Assembly: GCA_963836175.1 (NCBI GenBank)
Contig: CAWIIS010000004.1
Coordinates: forward strand, 47,480 to 111,479
DNA from: Nitrospirota bacterium
GTDB taxonomy: Bacteria > Nitrospirota > UBA9217
Direction: 5' to 3'
DNA length: 64,000 nt
The notes below the pieces were generated by a model. That model was not told the DNA's origin, searched no databases, and saw nothing but the letters and a program-made list of their open reading frames with translations. The position numbers were made by a program, and so were the translations under genes. This document shows, piece after piece, positions 60,883-64,000 of the stretch. How positions within the stretch are numbered: the first letter of the stretch is position 1; each line of letters starts with the position of its first letter.

Positions 60883-63800
60883 ATGAAAAGGAAAGTCACT
60901 CCCCTCGCCAAAATTGCCCGCCCGAAACTCTCCAAAATATTCGGACGCGACCGGCTCTTCCGTCTTCTGGATACGGAAACACGGAAACCCGTTGTCTGGG
61001 TGTCGGCGCCTGCCGGCTCCGGCAAGACGACCCTCATCGCCAGTTGGCTCGATTCCCGCAAAATTCCCTGCCTCTGGTACCAAATTGACGAAGGCGACGG
61101 CGACATCGCATCGTTCTTCTACTATATGGGCATGGCCACGCTGAGGGCTGCGCCACGCCAGAAGAAGCCGCTCCCCCTCCTCACCCCCGAATACCTCATG
61201 GGAATTCCCGTTTTCACCCGGCGCTATTTTGAAGAGCTTTTCCGCCGCCTCAAACCGCCGTCCATCGTCGTCCTCGACAATTATCAGGACGCGCCGCTCG
61301 CGTCCCACTTCCACGACATGATTGTCCACGGGCTCGATGCGGTCCCCGAAGGGATCACGGTCGTCATTCTGAGCCGCACTGCCCCCCCGGCCCAGCTCGC
61401 CCGGCTCCAGGCGAACAGCCGGCTCCATCTGATCGGGTGGGACGAGGTCCGTTTTACCCGGGAAGAGTCACGGGGTCTGCTGGAGGCGCACGGCCACGGC
61501 AAACCGTCGCCAGACGCGCTGGAGCTGCTGCACAACAAAACGGAAGGATGGGCCGCGGGCCTGATCCTCCTGACCGCGGGGGCTGGTTCGTCCGTGCCCG
61601 CATCACAGCCGCTTGACGTCGTTACGGCAGGCGGACTGTTCGACTACTTCGCGAGCGAGATATTCAGCAAGACCGATTCTTCCATCCAGGATGTCCTGCT
61701 CAAGACGTCATTCTTTCAGAAAATAGACCCCGTGGCTGCGGAAAAGCTTACCGATAACGGGGCGGCCGGACAGATCCTGGAGCGCATGAGCCGCGACCAC
61801 TATTTCACCCAGAAGTACGGCAAGACCTACCAGTATCACCCGCTCTTCCGGGAATTTTTGCAGACCCGCGCGAAAAACGGATTTTCACGATCCGACGCTG
61901 TTGCCGTTCAGCGAAAAGCGGCGGAACTCCTGGAGCAATCGGGGAGCGGAGAAGAGGCAGCCGGGCTCTATATAGACGCGTGCGATTGGATCGGGGCGGA
62001 GCGTGTAATTCTCAACCAGGCGCCGATTCTCATGTCGCAGGGCAGAAGCAATACCCTCGAAGGATTTCTGAACAGGCTTCCCCGGGAGCTGATTGACGGC
62101 GCACCCTGGCTCCTTTACTGGCGGGGAATATGCCGGATGGGTTTCGATCCGCGCGAGAGCCGGGAATGGCTCGAAAAGTCATTCGAGAAGTTCAGAACCG
62201 ACAACGACATGACCGGCGCGTTTCTTTCATGGTCGAGCATCGTCGACACCTTCGTCTATGAATGGGGAGACTTTTCCCCCACGGACCGCTGGATCGCCGT
62301 TCTGAACGAGCTTCTTGCAGCAGAGCCCGTATTTCCGTCTCCTGAAATTGAAGCGCGGGTGGCCGCCGGCATGTTCAGCATATTAATATGGAGGCAGCCG
62401 CGGCATCCCGAACTCCCGGCATGGGAAGAAAAGGTGATGAGGATCGCTTCCAACAACAGTTACGGTATCCAGCTTCGCATGACGCTCGGAAATTCTCTTG
62501 TCTTTTATTATCTCTGGATAGGCGACTTGCCCAAAGCCGCCGTGCTTATCAACACGCTGCGCCAGGCAAGCCGTTTATCGGGGCATGATCCCCTGACACG
62601 GCAGATGTGGCTGGTGATGGAGGCGATGCATTCCTGGTTCATGGCTGATCAAAAGACCTGTCTTGCCGCCGTCACCGAGGGTGCCGCGCTTGCCGAATCC
62701 AGCGGCGTTCACCTCCTGGACCTATTTCAGACCGCACAGGGAGTATACGGAGACCTGACCCTCGGTAATCCCGCGCACGCAAAAGCGTTGTTGCGGACGA
62801 TGGCGGGTTTCAACACTTCGCGCCCGATGGACGGCTCCCTTTATCACTATATGGCTGCCTCGGAGCTATGGTACGCCGGAGATCTTCAACGCGCGGTCGA
62901 ACATGGAGAAGTAGCTTTGAAACTGGCCGATGCGACCGGTTCGCCGGTGTCTATCGCCCTGTGTCAACTGGAACTGGCGATGACGCTTTTCGATCTCGGG
63001 CGGCATAACGAGGCCGCACTTCTTCTGGATAAGGCTGGGGACACGAGCCGCGGCATGAAACATCTGGCGTACCTGTGCGATCTTCAGGGCGCCAGGTTCG
63101 CCCTGGAGCAGGGGTATGAAAAAAACGGATTGAAACTGCTTCGCCAGGCGTTGCGTACGGCCGCGGAGCAGGGATATGTAAACTTCACGCGATGGCATTC
63201 AACGGTCATGTCACGTCTTTGCGCAAAGGCATTGGAACACGGCATCGAAACGGAGTATGTGCGCAGGCTTATCAAGGTCCGGGGCCTGGCGCCTCCGGAA
63301 AATATGACGGCTTGCGACAACTGGCTCTACCCGGTCATTATCCACACCCTCGGCAGGTTTGAACTGGTCAAGGATGGAGCGCTCATTGCATTCACGGGCA
63401 AGGTGCAGACAGAAGCCGCTCGCACTTCTGAAGGCATTGATCGTCTTCGGCGGAAAGGACGTTGCCGAAGAGCGAATCACGGACGAGTTGTGGCCCGATG
63501 CCGACGGCGACCTTGCGCACCGGTCCTTCGAGATGGCCGTGCATCGTTTGAGAAAACTGATCGGACTTGATGGGCTCGTTCAGCTTCAGGAACGACGCCT
63601 GACCCTGAATACAAACATCTGTTGGGTGGACGCCTGGGCGTTTGAACACCTGCAGCGCGACGGGGAGAAGAGAACTACGGGAGAAGAAACCCTCCGGAAG
63701 CATGCGAGGGCGATCGATATCTATAAAGGACATTTTCTGCCAGGTGACTCCGCATACCCATGGGTGCTTTCCTGTCGCGAGCGATTGCGGAGCAAGTTCA

Positions 63801-64000
63801 TGGGCCTTGTCGTCGCGTTGGGAAATCACCGTGAGGAGACGAAGCAGTGGGCAGCATCGGCCGATATATTTCTAAAAGGACTTGAAGTGGACGACTGCGC
63901 CGAGGAATTCTATCAGCATCTCATCATTTGCCATCTGCAACTCGGCCATCGGGACGAAGCTATAAAACAGTATAATCGCTGCTGCTCATTTTTATCCTCC
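60883..64000 (+). pseudogene. STAND-type P-loop NTPase regulator with C-terminal OmpR/PhoB-type wHTH + BTAD (SARP-like) domains; frameshift near 63408; continues beyond window end
   Basis: GGAGG RBS, ATG 60883; Walker A SAPAGSGKTT; TPR-like middle; ...GKVQ|QKPLALLKALIVFGGKDVAEERITDELW...BTAD in +1 frame. Confidence 0.55.

Overview
This is a 64-kb GC-rich bacterial chromosomal segment, roughly 60% GC by eye, with 1-3 bp overlapping start/stop codons that suggest a Deltaproteobacteria-like anaerobe. No rRNA or CRISPR array was seen. The flanking regions are core-like and rich in signal transduction and cell-envelope genes, including:
- a Venus-flytrap (periplasmic solute-binding domain) sensor kinase, response regulator and hybrid kinase cluster (4.7-9.5 kb);
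- a PocR-PAS-GGDEF-EAL protein, a haem-c sensor GGDEF-EAL with a PhnD-like binding protein, and a 4xPAS hybrid kinase;
- a response regulator-PilZ protein, lipoproteins, an outer-membrane beta-barrel, bactofilin and an 11-haem cytochrome c;
- cysK, two OsmC-family genes, universal stress proteins, and a secreted M1+M28+PDZ peptidase next to a STAND/SARP-like regulator.
The middle of the window (about 23.3-31.8 kb) is an AT-rich accessory island. It sits beside a degenerate tRNA-like sequence. It carries:
- an Abi_2/HEPN-like gene, an IS5/IS1182-type transposase and a four-gene membrane-associated cassette of unknown function;
- a roughly 1-kb insertion flanked by perfect 38-bp direct repeats, and a higBA toxin-antitoxin pair.
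This is followed by a heavily frameshifted Lhr-type helicase gene that contains a GC-rich palindromic mini-element. An FAD-linked oxidase translationally coupled to a fatty-acyl-CoA-reductase-like gene (17.7-20.8 kb) resembles the two-enzyme core of ether-lipid synthesis. At least 11 genes are interrupted by single-base indels, mostly at homopolymer runs. This pattern suggests consensus sequencing error rather than true decay, so pseudogene calls should be treated cautiously.
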